64,000 nt of DNA from a virus (Duplodnaviria > Caudoviricetes): positions 1,911 through 65,910 of IMG/VR virus record IMGVR_UViG_3300035145_001308; one strand, given 5' to 3'. Each line of letters begins with the position of its first letter. Position 1 is the first letter of the stretch. This document shows, piece after piece, positions 56,367-64,000 of the stretch. A program made the translations under genes and the position numbers. Below the pieces are notes generated by a model, which was given only the letters and a program-made list of their open reading frames with translations, searched no databases and was not told the origin of the DNA.

Positions 56367-57159
56367 AGACAAGCCTAAGTTTAGAATGCACATAGAGTAT
56401 CCTGATGGTACTGTACATAGAGGCAAAAAAGACTTTAGAGTTTGGACTGATCTTATTGGCATAAGTGATGTAGATTTTACAGGCAAACGTGTATTAGACA
56501 TTGCCACAGACGAAGGTTGGTGGGCTTTTTGGACAGAAATGCGTGGCGCAGAATATGTAGAAGCAAGCGATGTAGAAAGAGGAGAAGATTACGATTGGGG
56601 AAATAAAAAAGACTGGAACTGGATTAACGAACTAAATGCAAACAGAGGTGGACGAAATGTCTTCGATTTTCATCATAAAAATCTCAATAGTAAAGTTGTA
56701 GTTAAAAAAGAAAGCATATATCAAGCAGATGGAGAGTTTGATTGGATATTTGCACACGGTCTTATGTATCATCTACGCCATCCTTTATTAGCTATAGATA
56801 ATATGTATCGAATATGTAAAGGTGTGTTTATATTTGAAACTATGGTAGATATTCATAATAATCCTATGGTAGCAGAAGCAAAGTTTTATAGAACAACAGA
56901 ACTTGGACCAATATCAAACTGGACAGGTGCAACAACAGCATGTTATGCTAGTTATTTAAAAGATGCCGGATTTGAAGATGTATATTTTACACAAACAGGT
57001 ACACCTCTAGGCACACCCAGACAACTCTTTATAGCTGTTAAAGATCCAATATACAATAGGTTGTTTTGGAAAAATAAAAACTTAACATATTGTGACTCAA
57101 AATATTGGGATTATGTTTTTGAACAAACAAGATTTAATAGCAATGATAATATCGCATAA
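56359..57159 (+). CDS. Class I SAM-dependent methyltransferase (CmoB-like)
   Basis: GKRVLDIA..EGWW, FDWIF..GLMYHLRHPL, L.DAGF. Confidence 0.8.
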   Translation: MAKDKPKFRMHIEYPDGTVHRGKKDFRVWTDLIGISDVDFTGKRVLDIATDEGWWAFWTEMRGAEYVEASDVERGEDYDWGNKKDWNWINELNANRGGRNVFDFHHKNLNSKVVVKKESIYQADGEFDWIFAHGLMYHLRHPLLAIDNMYRICKGVFIFETMVDIHNNPMVAEAKFYRTTELGPISNWTGATTACYASYLKDAGFEDVYFTQTGTPLGTPRQLFIAVKDPIYNRLFWKNKNLTYCDSKYWDYVFEQTRFNSNDNIA

Positions 57160-57739
57160 ACATAAGTTTATATTTGTAAAAACTTTCAAAACAGCAGGGT
57201 CTAGTATTGAAAACTATTTACAGAAGTACCTTGGCCCAAATGATATTATTAGAGGTAGTCAGTATGACAACACACCTTCGTTAAATGCTCCATCAAAAGG
57301 AAGACATGCATCAGTACAACAAATAAAAGAATGGTATCCAAATGATTGGAACGATGAATATTTTTCTTTTTGTGTTGAAAGAAATCCATGGAACGTAGCA
57401 GTTAGCTATTATTTCTATATGAAACATGCAGGCAGGATAAAATCACAAACATTTGATGAATGGATAAAAGTTGAAGATTTACAAAAACTGAATAACTACA
57501 AAAAATATACTATCAATAATAAAGTTGTAGTGAACAAAGTTTTAAAATATGAAAACTTAGAAAGTGATATTAATAATATACCTGTACCGTATAATGGAGA
57601 ATTAAAAACTATTTTTCTAAAGAAAGGGCATAGACCTTCCAAAGATTATAAAATACATTATACAGATGAAACAAGAAAGTTAATAGAAGATAACTTTGCA
57701 GAAACAATAAGTATGTTTGGATACACGTATGAAGATTGA
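57143..57739 (+). CDS. Sulfotransferase family protein
   Basis: MIISHKHKFIFVK.FKTAGSSI (5'-PSB loop), F.VERNPW..AVS.Y (3'-PB), KYENL, FGY. Confidence 0.8.
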   Translation: MIISHKHKFIFVKTFKTAGSSIENYLQKYLGPNDIIRGSQYDNTPSLNAPSKGRHASVQQIKEWYPNDWNDEYFSFCVERNPWNVAVSYYFYMKHAGRIKSQTFDEWIKVEDLQKLNNYKKYTINNKVVVNKVLKYENLESDINNIPVPYNGELKTIFLKKGHRPSKDYKIHYTDETRKLIEDNFAETISMFGYTYED

Positions 57740-58202
57740 ATTTGGAGCAGGAGAAACACCAACAAAAACAGACTTTCTACAGCAAGATATAAGAGCAGTA
57801 GAAGGTATTGATTTTGTGTGTGCTGCCTGGGATATAGATAAACATGTGAATTTGAACTCTGTAGACGAAATATTTTCAAGACATTTCTTTGAACATTTAA
57901 CATTTAGACAAGGGGAATATTTGTTGGAAGTTTGGCACAAAATATTAAAGCCAGGAGGCAGAGTAGAAATGATGTTGCCAAATATGTTATGCCATGTGCA
58001 TCAATGGATAAATGGTGATCCAAGAGCAGCAGAAAATATATACGGACATCAACGAGGCGAGTTTGAAGATACATGGGATACACACAAAAGCGGATACGAT
58101 GCATACAGTATGCAAGAACTAGTAGAAAGAAAAAACTTTGTTAGATATAAATCGTTTAACAAAGATAAAAGCAAACACTTACATGTAGAGTTTTATAAAT
58201 GA
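57729..58202 (+). CDS. SAM-dependent methyltransferase (type 11-like)
   Basis: IEFGAG, SVDEIFSRHFFEHL, ILKPGG. Confidence 0.75.
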   Translation: MKIEFGAGETPTKTDFLQQDIRAVEGIDFVCAAWDIDKHVNLNSVDEIFSRHFFEHLTFRQGEYLLEVWHKILKPGGRVEMMLPNMLCHVHQWINGDPRAAENIYGHQRGEFEDTWDTHKSGYDAYSMQELVERKNFVRYKSFNKDKSKHLHVEFYK

Positions 58203-58975
58203 TTTGCCTTAGTAAAAATAAAAAAGATGTTTTTATAAACAGATTTGCAAAAGGATCTAATCTTCCTATACAAGATTATGACGAACCAATACCAGATGGT
58301 CCAATATTAATACGCAGTATTGCAAAAAAACTTTTGATAAGAGAACGTTGGAAAACAGGCAAACCTTTTTATTATATGGATAGTGGATACTTTGGCAACT
58401 ATAAATCAAGGGCTAATCCAAATGGCTGGAAGTTATGGCATCGTATTGTTAAGAATGATTTACAACACAGTGAAATAAAAGAACGTCCAGATGATAGATG
58501 GAAACGTTTAGATATCGAACTGAAGTTTAATAACTATGGTGGTAGACATATATTACTTGTTTTACCAAGCGAAAAGCCATGTAAGTTTTACGGCATTGAC
58601 TTGGACGAATGGACAGAACAAACAATACACGAAATAAAAAGACATACTGATAGACCTATTGTGGTAAGAGCAAAAGGCACTAGAGGCGAAAGACTAAAAA
58701 ATACAATATGGCAAGACTTGGAAAAATGTCATGCCATGGTTACATATCAAAGTATTGCAGCAGTTGAAAGTGTTATTGCAGGAGTGCCTGCTTTTACACT
58801 TGCACCGACAGCAGCAGACCCGGTGTGTGATAAAGATTTAACTAAACTAGAAAATCCTACTGTACAACATAAAGAAAAGCTACGTGCTTGGGCACATCAT
58901 TTAGCATATGGACAGTTTCATACAGATGAGTTTCTAAATGGCAATGCATGGAGAATATTAAAAAATGAAAGTTGA
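58199..58975 (+). CDS. Capsule-biosynthesis (KpsS/KpsC-like) GT-B protein, paralog 1
   Basis: YMDSGYF, DRPIVVR.K, VTYQS.AAVES..AGVP, W..HLAYGQF...E...G.AW. Confidence 0.6.
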   Translation: MICLSKNKKDVFINRFAKGSNLPIQDYDEPIPDGPILIRSIAKKLLIRERWKTGKPFYYMDSGYFGNYKSRANPNGWKLWHRIVKNDLQHSEIKERPDDRWKRLDIELKFNNYGGRHILLVLPSEKPCKFYGIDLDEWTEQTIHEIKRHTDRPIVVRAKGTRGERLKNTIWQDLEKCHAMVTYQSIAAVESVIAGVPAFTLAPTAADPVCDKDLTKLENPTVQHKEKLRAWAHHLAYGQFHTDEFLNGNAWRILKNES

Positions 58976-59990
58976 TGTATTTTTATCGAGCACGTTCAAC
59001 AACACAGAACGTGAAACGCTTGTAAAGTTTTACAATGGTATCAAACGAGATTTGTGGCCAGACGATGCTTTATTAAAACAAAAAAAGATGATGGCACATA
59101 TTAACAAAGAAAACGGATTACGTTCAGGTGTTGAACTTAACTATCATGAAAAAGGTCGAGGCAAGTATGACTTAGCAGTCATAATGGGTAGTTGGAAACC
59201 AGAAAGATCAAGTGTGCATCATGGAGTTAGAACTGCTATTGCTAACAATGAAGAACAAAAACCATTTTTAGTTGTAGAAACACAACTTGTAGGTAGAAAA
59301 GTATTCCAGCCTAATGCGTATCATAGAATAGGACTAAATGGTTTCTTATGTAACCAAGGTATATTTGGTCCTGTAAAAGATTATCCTAGCGACAGATTTG
59401 ATAGACTAGATCTGCCTTACAATGGATGGAATAAAAATAGAGGCGATAAAGTTATTATTGCTTTACAATTACCAGGTGATGCTAGTATGCGTGGCGTCGA
59501 TATTACTAAATGGGCTATTGAAACTGTAGGTAAAATAAGAGCAGTAAGTGATCGTCCAATAGAAATAAGAACACATCCAGGTGCAAGTGCTAAAGGTGTA
59601 TCTTCGTATGCAGAACTATATGAATATCTTGCGTTTGCAAATCACCCAAATGTGCATTGTGTAAATGGTAGAGACATACCCTGGGAAGATCATATACTTA
59701 CAGCTCATTGTGTAGTTGTATATTCTAGTGGATTAGCTATTGATGCAATACTAAATGGCATACCTGTTATAGCACATGATAGCGGTAATTTTGCTTATCC
59801 AATTTGTGATTGTAAAGCAGATCAAGTTGAGAATCCAAAAATGGCAGATGAAGACATTGTTAAAAACTGGCTCAACACCTTAGCGTACTCTCAATGGTCT
59901 CCTAGTGAAATGGAGTCAGGAGAAGCTTGGCAACATATCAAGCCGTGTGTATATGAATATTTAGAGTTTATAAAAGATGAAAGTAGTTAG
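58965..59990 (+). CDS. KpsS/KpsC-like GT-B protein, paralog 2
   Basis: LQLPGDAS, RPIEIRTHP, VVYSSGLAIDAILNGIP, LAYSQW...E...GEAW. Confidence 0.65.
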   Translation: MKVDVFLSSTFNNTERETLVKFYNGIKRDLWPDDALLKQKKMMAHINKENGLRSGVELNYHEKGRGKYDLAVIMGSWKPERSSVHHGVRTAIANNEEQKPFLVVETQLVGRKVFQPNAYHRIGLNGFLCNQGIFGPVKDYPSDRFDRLDLPYNGWNKNRGDKVIIALQLPGDASMRGVDITKWAIETVGKIRAVSDRPIEIRTHPGASAKGVSSYAELYEYLAFANHPNVHCVNGRDIPWEDHILTAHCVVVYSSGLAIDAILNGIPVIAHDSGNFAYPICDCKADQVENPKMADEDIVKNWLNTLAYSQWSPSEMESGEAWQHIKPCVYEYLEFIKDESS

Positions 59991-60906
59991 TTATTTAAAA
60001 GGCATACCTAATAGCAAAAACCAAGAAAAAATAGATGTTTTAAATCATTTTATTACTGGTGTAAATCGTTGCGGAGATATTGGTATAGCAAGTCAAGACA
60101 GAGTTTGGCAACCTAGTGATGCAGCGATATTACAGGGTTTTATCAGCGATCATAGTAGCAAACTACCTAGATCTCCTCATTTGTTATTGCGTAAACAAGT
60201 ATATGATCAACAACTTGCAAATAAGAAACACACTATTATTATTGATAGTAATCTATTTTTATATGCAGATCCAGGTAACACAAAAAGGTATTTACGATAT
60301 AGTATGAACGGAGTGTTTCCTACAACAGCAAATTATTTCTGGGATAAGCCTGATCCTAGAAGATGGGAAAGTATAAGTAAAAACTTGAACTTGGATTTGA
60401 AACCAGTTAGACAAACTGGAAAACATATCCTTATTTGTTGCCAACGTAATGGCGGTTGGAGCATGGGCGGACTAGAAGTAATGGATTGGTTAAGACAAAC
60501 TGTAAAAAGATTGCATAAGTTTACTGATAGACCTATTGTAGTGCGAGGACACCCTGGAGATAAAAAAGCACCCGGATATCTAAGACTACCAAAAAAATGG
60601 ACTAATGTACGTATTAGTAAGAACGAACATATACAACAAGATTTTAAAAACTGTTGGGCAGTTATAACATATAACAGTAGTCCAGGTGTTGCAGCAGCTA
60701 TAGAAGGCATACCTGTATTTGTTACAGATCCTGTTCCAGAAGTTAGTCAAGCGTTTGATATTTGCAATACAGAAATAAGAAAAATAGAAAGACCTAGGTT
60801 ACCAGATAGACAAAGGTGGATAGAAAAAATATCAATGTGTCATTGGAACTTCGACGAGCTTAAATCCGGAGAAGCGTGGCGTCATATGAGGAGATATATT
60901 TGTTAA
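59977..60906 (+). CDS. KpsS/KpsC-like GT-B protein, paralog 3
   Basis: ILICCQR, RPIVVRGHP, ITYNSSPGVAAAIEGIP, HW...EL..GEAW. Confidence 0.65.
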   Translation: MKVVSYLKGIPNSKNQEKIDVLNHFITGVNRCGDIGIASQDRVWQPSDAAILQGFISDHSSKLPRSPHLLLRKQVYDQQLANKKHTIIIDSNLFLYADPGNTKRYLRYSMNGVFPTTANYFWDKPDPRRWESISKNLNLDLKPVRQTGKHILICCQRNGGWSMGGLEVMDWLRQTVKRLHKFTDRPIVVRGHPGDKKAPGYLRLPKKWTNVRISKNEHIQQDFKNCWAVITYNSSPGVAAAIEGIPVFVTDPVPEVSQAFDICNTEIRKIERPRLPDRQRWIEKISMCHWNFDELKSGEAWRHMRRYIC

Positions 60907-61817
60907 AAATAGCAGGTATTAGAGGATGTACAAAAGCAGTAAAAAATATTTTGAAAGGTATACAAAGACATGGTGATCAATATATACTTGCTGAAAAACA
61001 TTCTGAAGAAGCTAGAAACGCAGATGCATACCTACAAACTAATCTTTTAAAACCAAAGTATGCTACAAAAGATAGATCTGGTTCATACGAATATGTTTTA
61101 GATAGTGGCAAGCCTTTCTTAGTGCAAGAAAGTGCTAACTTTAGAAACTATTACAAAGAATGGCAAAGACTAGGATGGTACAGTTACAAATGGACGGATG
61201 GCATATTCGGCAATGAAAAATCTCCTCCAGATAGATGGAACAAGTTTGTAAAAATGACAGGCTGTAAAATAAAAAATTGGCAAAGTCATGGTGGCAAAAT
61301 TATTCTCATGGGTCAGAAAGAAGGAGATAGTAGTCTTACAGACTTGTATGATCAAGGTAAAACTTTTGCACAATGGACACAAGAAACAGTAAATGAAATA
61401 AGAAAGTATTCAGACAGAGATATAATCATAAGACCGCATCCAAGAGGACTTAGCAGAGGAATAAAAGTTGCCAATAGCATAAAAGGAAAAAATGTATATG
61501 TATCTGAAAACATAAGCCACGGAGGAAATCAAGGCGGTGAAGGATTGTTAGCAGATTTACAAAATGCACATTGCGTAGTTACATACAATAGTTTAAGTGC
61601 TATTGAAGCTGTATGTGAAGGAGTTCCTGTTTTTGCTTTGAACAACGGAAGTATGGTCTGGCCTATAGCACATAGAAAGTTGAGTAGAATAGAAAACTTG
61701 AACTATTCAATAGATATTACGCAATGGTGTAACGATATTGCATATACACAATGGCATATTGACGAAATGAGAGCTGGCGAAGCGTGGGAACATTTACGTC
61801 CATTAATGTTCAAATAA
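60900..61817 (+). CDS. KpsS/KpsC-like GT-B protein, paralog 4
   Basis: GQKEGDSS, IIIRPHP, VTYNSLSAIEAVCEGVP, IAYTQW...E...GEAW; TTG start at 60900 after GAGGAG inferred. Confidence 0.65.
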   Translation: MLKIAGIRGCTKAVKNILKGIQRHGDQYILAEKHSEEARNADAYLQTNLLKPKYATKDRSGSYEYVLDSGKPFLVQESANFRNYYKEWQRLGWYSYKWTDGIFGNEKSPPDRWNKFVKMTGCKIKNWQSHGGKIILMGQKEGDSSLTDLYDQGKTFAQWTQETVNEIRKYSDRDIIIRPHPRGLSRGIKVANSIKGKNVYVSENISHGGNQGGEGLLADLQNAHCVVTYNSLSAIEAVCEGVPVFALNNGSMVWPIAHRKLSRIENLNYSIDITQWCNDIAYTQWHIDEMRAGEAWEHLRPLMFK

Positions 61818-62544
61818 ACATTTCTTCGTTTATATATTTTTTCCAATACGGATGTTCTTTTAACATTTTACAATATTGTTCTTTAGACATACTTCTATCT
61901 CTAACTCTATCAACAGTGTGTATAACATCTTTTGTTAATTTATTTTCATCAACACATTCTGGTTTGTAAAAAAATGCATTTAATCCTGATGTACAAAGTG
62001 TAAAAAACTTATATCCTTTAGACTCTAAATATGTTTGATATTTTTTTAAACTTACTCCGTGTAATATTTTTTTATCAAATACACCTTGATGCATGTAAGG
62101 AAAACTAAACTCATAATCATATCCCATTACTCTATTTGTTTCTACACACATTGTTTTAGGTTGGAAGCCAGCTTCTAATAAATTATACATTATTACAAAA
62201 TCATAACTATCAATATCTAAACTAAAAAAGTCAACATCTTTGCCAAACCTTTCTATATAACTTTTAGTGTTTTGAGGCACAACAGCTTCTCTAAAGAAAG
62301 ATACATTAGCTGGTATACTTGATTGTTTTTTTAAATCAAATGCAAATCCTTTATAACCATGATTTTGTATTAAGTTTTGTGTACAGTTAATGGCATATCC
62401 ATTTATTCCGCCTTTTATATTATTACCCCAGCCCATTTCAACACATATTTTATTAGGATTATGTAATGCATTTAACATATGAGCTATAATGCCATCCTCG
62501 CCTGCTTGCGAATAGTTTTGATATTCTATCGATAAGTTATACAT
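61810..62544 (-). CDS. FkbM-like methyltransferase
   Basis: YSQAGEDGII, CVEMG, DFFSLDIDSYD, CVETN, K.Y......NAFF. Confidence 0.65.
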   Translation of the reverse strand: MYNLSIEYQNYSQAGEDGIIAHMLNALHNPNKICVEMGWGNNIKGGINGYAINCTQNLIQNHGYKGFAFDLKKQSSIPANVSFFREAVVPQNTKSYIERFGKDVDFFSLDIDSYDFVIMYNLLEAGFQPKTMCVETNRVMGYDYEFSFPYMHQGVFDKKILHGVSLKKYQTYLESKGYKFFTLCTSGLNAFFYKPECVDENKLTKDVIHTVDRVRDRSMSKEQYCKMLKEHPYWKKYINEEMFI

Positions 62545-63103
62545 TTATAAGTACCGCTAACTTCTTTTTGCTAGGCCATGTTATTAAGTTTGTTGCTCCT
62601 ATCTCATCACATGCTTTTTTTGTATCAGGTATATCGTAGTCGTCAAAGAAAATAACTTTACTTTGCTTTACTCTTTCATAATCTTCCATTACAGTTTCAT
62701 ATTTGTGTCCGCCGTCAATAAACACCATGTCGTATGCTTTTGTTGGCAAAGTATCTGTTGTAAATCCTTTGTGTAAAGAATACACAAAACTCTTTTTATT
62801 TTTTGCTGCCCTCTTTTTAAGTTTTTCCATACGTTTGAAACATGCATCGTAACTACCAGTTCCTTTGCCGTTTATTTCTTCTTTATGTGTTTTTTCATTT
62901 GCTAAATCAAATAAATCATATCCTTCAAAACTTACCTCGTGCATCATACTTAAGATATACGAACAAGTAACACTAGCCCACCTACCATTATGACAACCTA
63001 TTTCGCAATACGATTTTGGTTTAAAGACATCTATAGCAGTTTGAAAGTATTGTTGTCTCCAACCAATATCCATTTTTTCATCAATAGGCCATTCTATGTT
63101 CAT
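62537..63103 (-). CDS. Class I SAM methyltransferase (Methyltransf_24-like)
   Basis: EIGCHNG, GYDLF, DMVFIDGGH.YE.V..D, FFDDY. Confidence 0.8.
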   Translation of the reverse strand: MNIEWPIDEKMDIGWRQQYFQTAIDVFKPKSYCEIGCHNGRWASVTCSYILSMMHEVSFEGYDLFDLANEKTHKEEINGKGTGSYDACFKRMEKLKKRAAKNKKSFVYSLHKGFTTDTLPTKAYDMVFIDGGHKYETVMEDYERVKQSKVIFFDDYDIPDTKKACDEIGATNLITWPSKKKLAVLINV

Positions 63104-63828
63104 GCTACTTTTCTTTCATATTTACTTTTGCCTTTAGCATGTGTAAAATATTCACCAAGAACTGTTTTCTTCAAAGGCGTTCTGTTTTTCTTTGTTGGAT
63201 GCAAGTTAACAGTTTCTATACCATTTTCGTTTGCCCACTTTACACAATCAATAGTTGCCCAAGTATCATGTGGTTTTGCGAATCTAAATGGATCGTGAAG
63301 TTCTCTACTTTCGTATATGTGTTCGTATCTTTGCATGAACTGTTTTGCATTTGCATGTTTATTGTTATAAAAGAAAATACAAGTTTCTGAATTATCTGCG
63401 TGTACTATTTCTCCATTACGATTAGTTATAAGTCCAGGTGCATACATATATGCAATAAGTTCGTTATTGGGAAGTATTGTATCTAGGAATGTTTCATTTA
63501 CATCCACAGTTGTTTCAGTGTCAGCATCTAACCAAATAAGTGTATCTTGCGATAATGTTTTGCAGGCGTGCATCCATGAATACGCTTTGTATGCAAACTT
63601 ACGAAATCTACGTTTTGTATCGTTAATAAAACTTTGCATATTTGGATTACAACATTCATCAATATTTAATGTTATAATATTGGGCTCACTATAAGGCAGT
63701 TCAAAGTCTTCTAAATATACATACAAGTTTATATTCTTTGGCCAATGTTTGATGTAGCTTTCTATCATTTGATAACCTATGTTATCAAAATATTCTTTAT
63801 TCATCGTTGTAACTGTTGCATATGTCAT
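63100..63828 (-). CDS. Glycosyltransferase, GT-A; paralog of 52553-53266
   Basis: RKFAYKAYS, LIWLDADT, SET, HDTW, HAKG; ATG at 63828 overlaps the upstream stop (ATGA). Confidence 0.7.
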   Translation of the reverse strand: MTYATVTTMNKEYFDNIGYQMIESYIKHWPKNINLYVYLEDFELPYSEPNIITLNIDECCNPNMQSFINDTKRRFRKFAYKAYSWMHACKTLSQDTLIWLDADTETTVDVNETFLDTILPNNELIAYMYAPGLITNRNGEIVHADNSETCIFFYNNKHANAKQFMQRYEHIYESRELHDPFRFAKPHDTWATIDCVKWANENGIETVNLHPTKKNRTPLKKTVLGEYFTHAKGKSKYERKVA

Positions 63829-64000
63829 TGCCAATATCCTTCTGTTCTATTCACAATCAAGTCTTTTGGTTTGTTACTTTTACCGATATCTTTTCTATCA
63901 CCTTTCAAGTGATCAAAGTATTTTCCTAAATCGCTATTGATAAAAGGATGACCTTCACCGTTAATCAAGTCTCCACTGATATTATAATAAGGAAATCCGT
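63825..64000 (-). CDS. C-terminal fragment of another GT-A paralog (5' end outside the window)
   Basis: Minus frame reads GFPYYNISGDLINGEGHPFINSDLGKYFDHLKGDRKDIGKS...GYWQ*; the H.KG..K ending matches the two GT-A paralogs. Confidence 0.6.
   Translation of the reverse strand, partial: GFPYYNISGDLINGEGHPFINSDLGKYFDHLKGDRKDIGKSNKPKDLIVNRTEGYWQ

Noticed and set aside
1-64000. Stop-codon reassignment
   Set aside because: Core genes are full length under the standard bacterial code, and TAA, TGA and TAG all end genes.

Overview
A 64 kb, AT-rich segment of a large T4-like (myovirus-type) phage genome, probably from an uncultured aquatic lineage. It carries the virion morphogenesis core: the end of a tape-measure-like gene, portal, prohead core, protease, scaffold, major capsid, neck gp13/gp14, tail terminator gp15, sheath, tube, gp4 nuclease and large terminase. 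It also encodes two giant paralogous fibre/virion proteins (2525 and 3156 aa), the gp32/UvsX/UvsY recombination genes, and many glycan-biosynthesis genes in three loci: one inside the head operon, one right after the fibre genes, and a 16-gene cluster at 52.5-64 kb. The most unusual signals are: (i) about 15 helical repeats in the giant proteins carrying a K-C-x-R-D motif that resembles the bilin-binding helix of phycobiliproteins; (ii) a highly structured ~200-nt ncRNA with its own promoter and terminator next to MetF-like and cold-shock-domain genes; (iii) an unannotated 58-aa Ser/Thr-rich fibre-tip-like ORF in an operon with two glycosyltransferases, one built from 7 tandem GT-like units; (iv) late promoters (NNTAAATA) placed 4-5 nt from start codons, implying leaderless late mRNAs; (v) a shared ...LAG(L/V) motif marking likely head-internal proteins. 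All product calls come from motif recognition by eye; no database searches were run.
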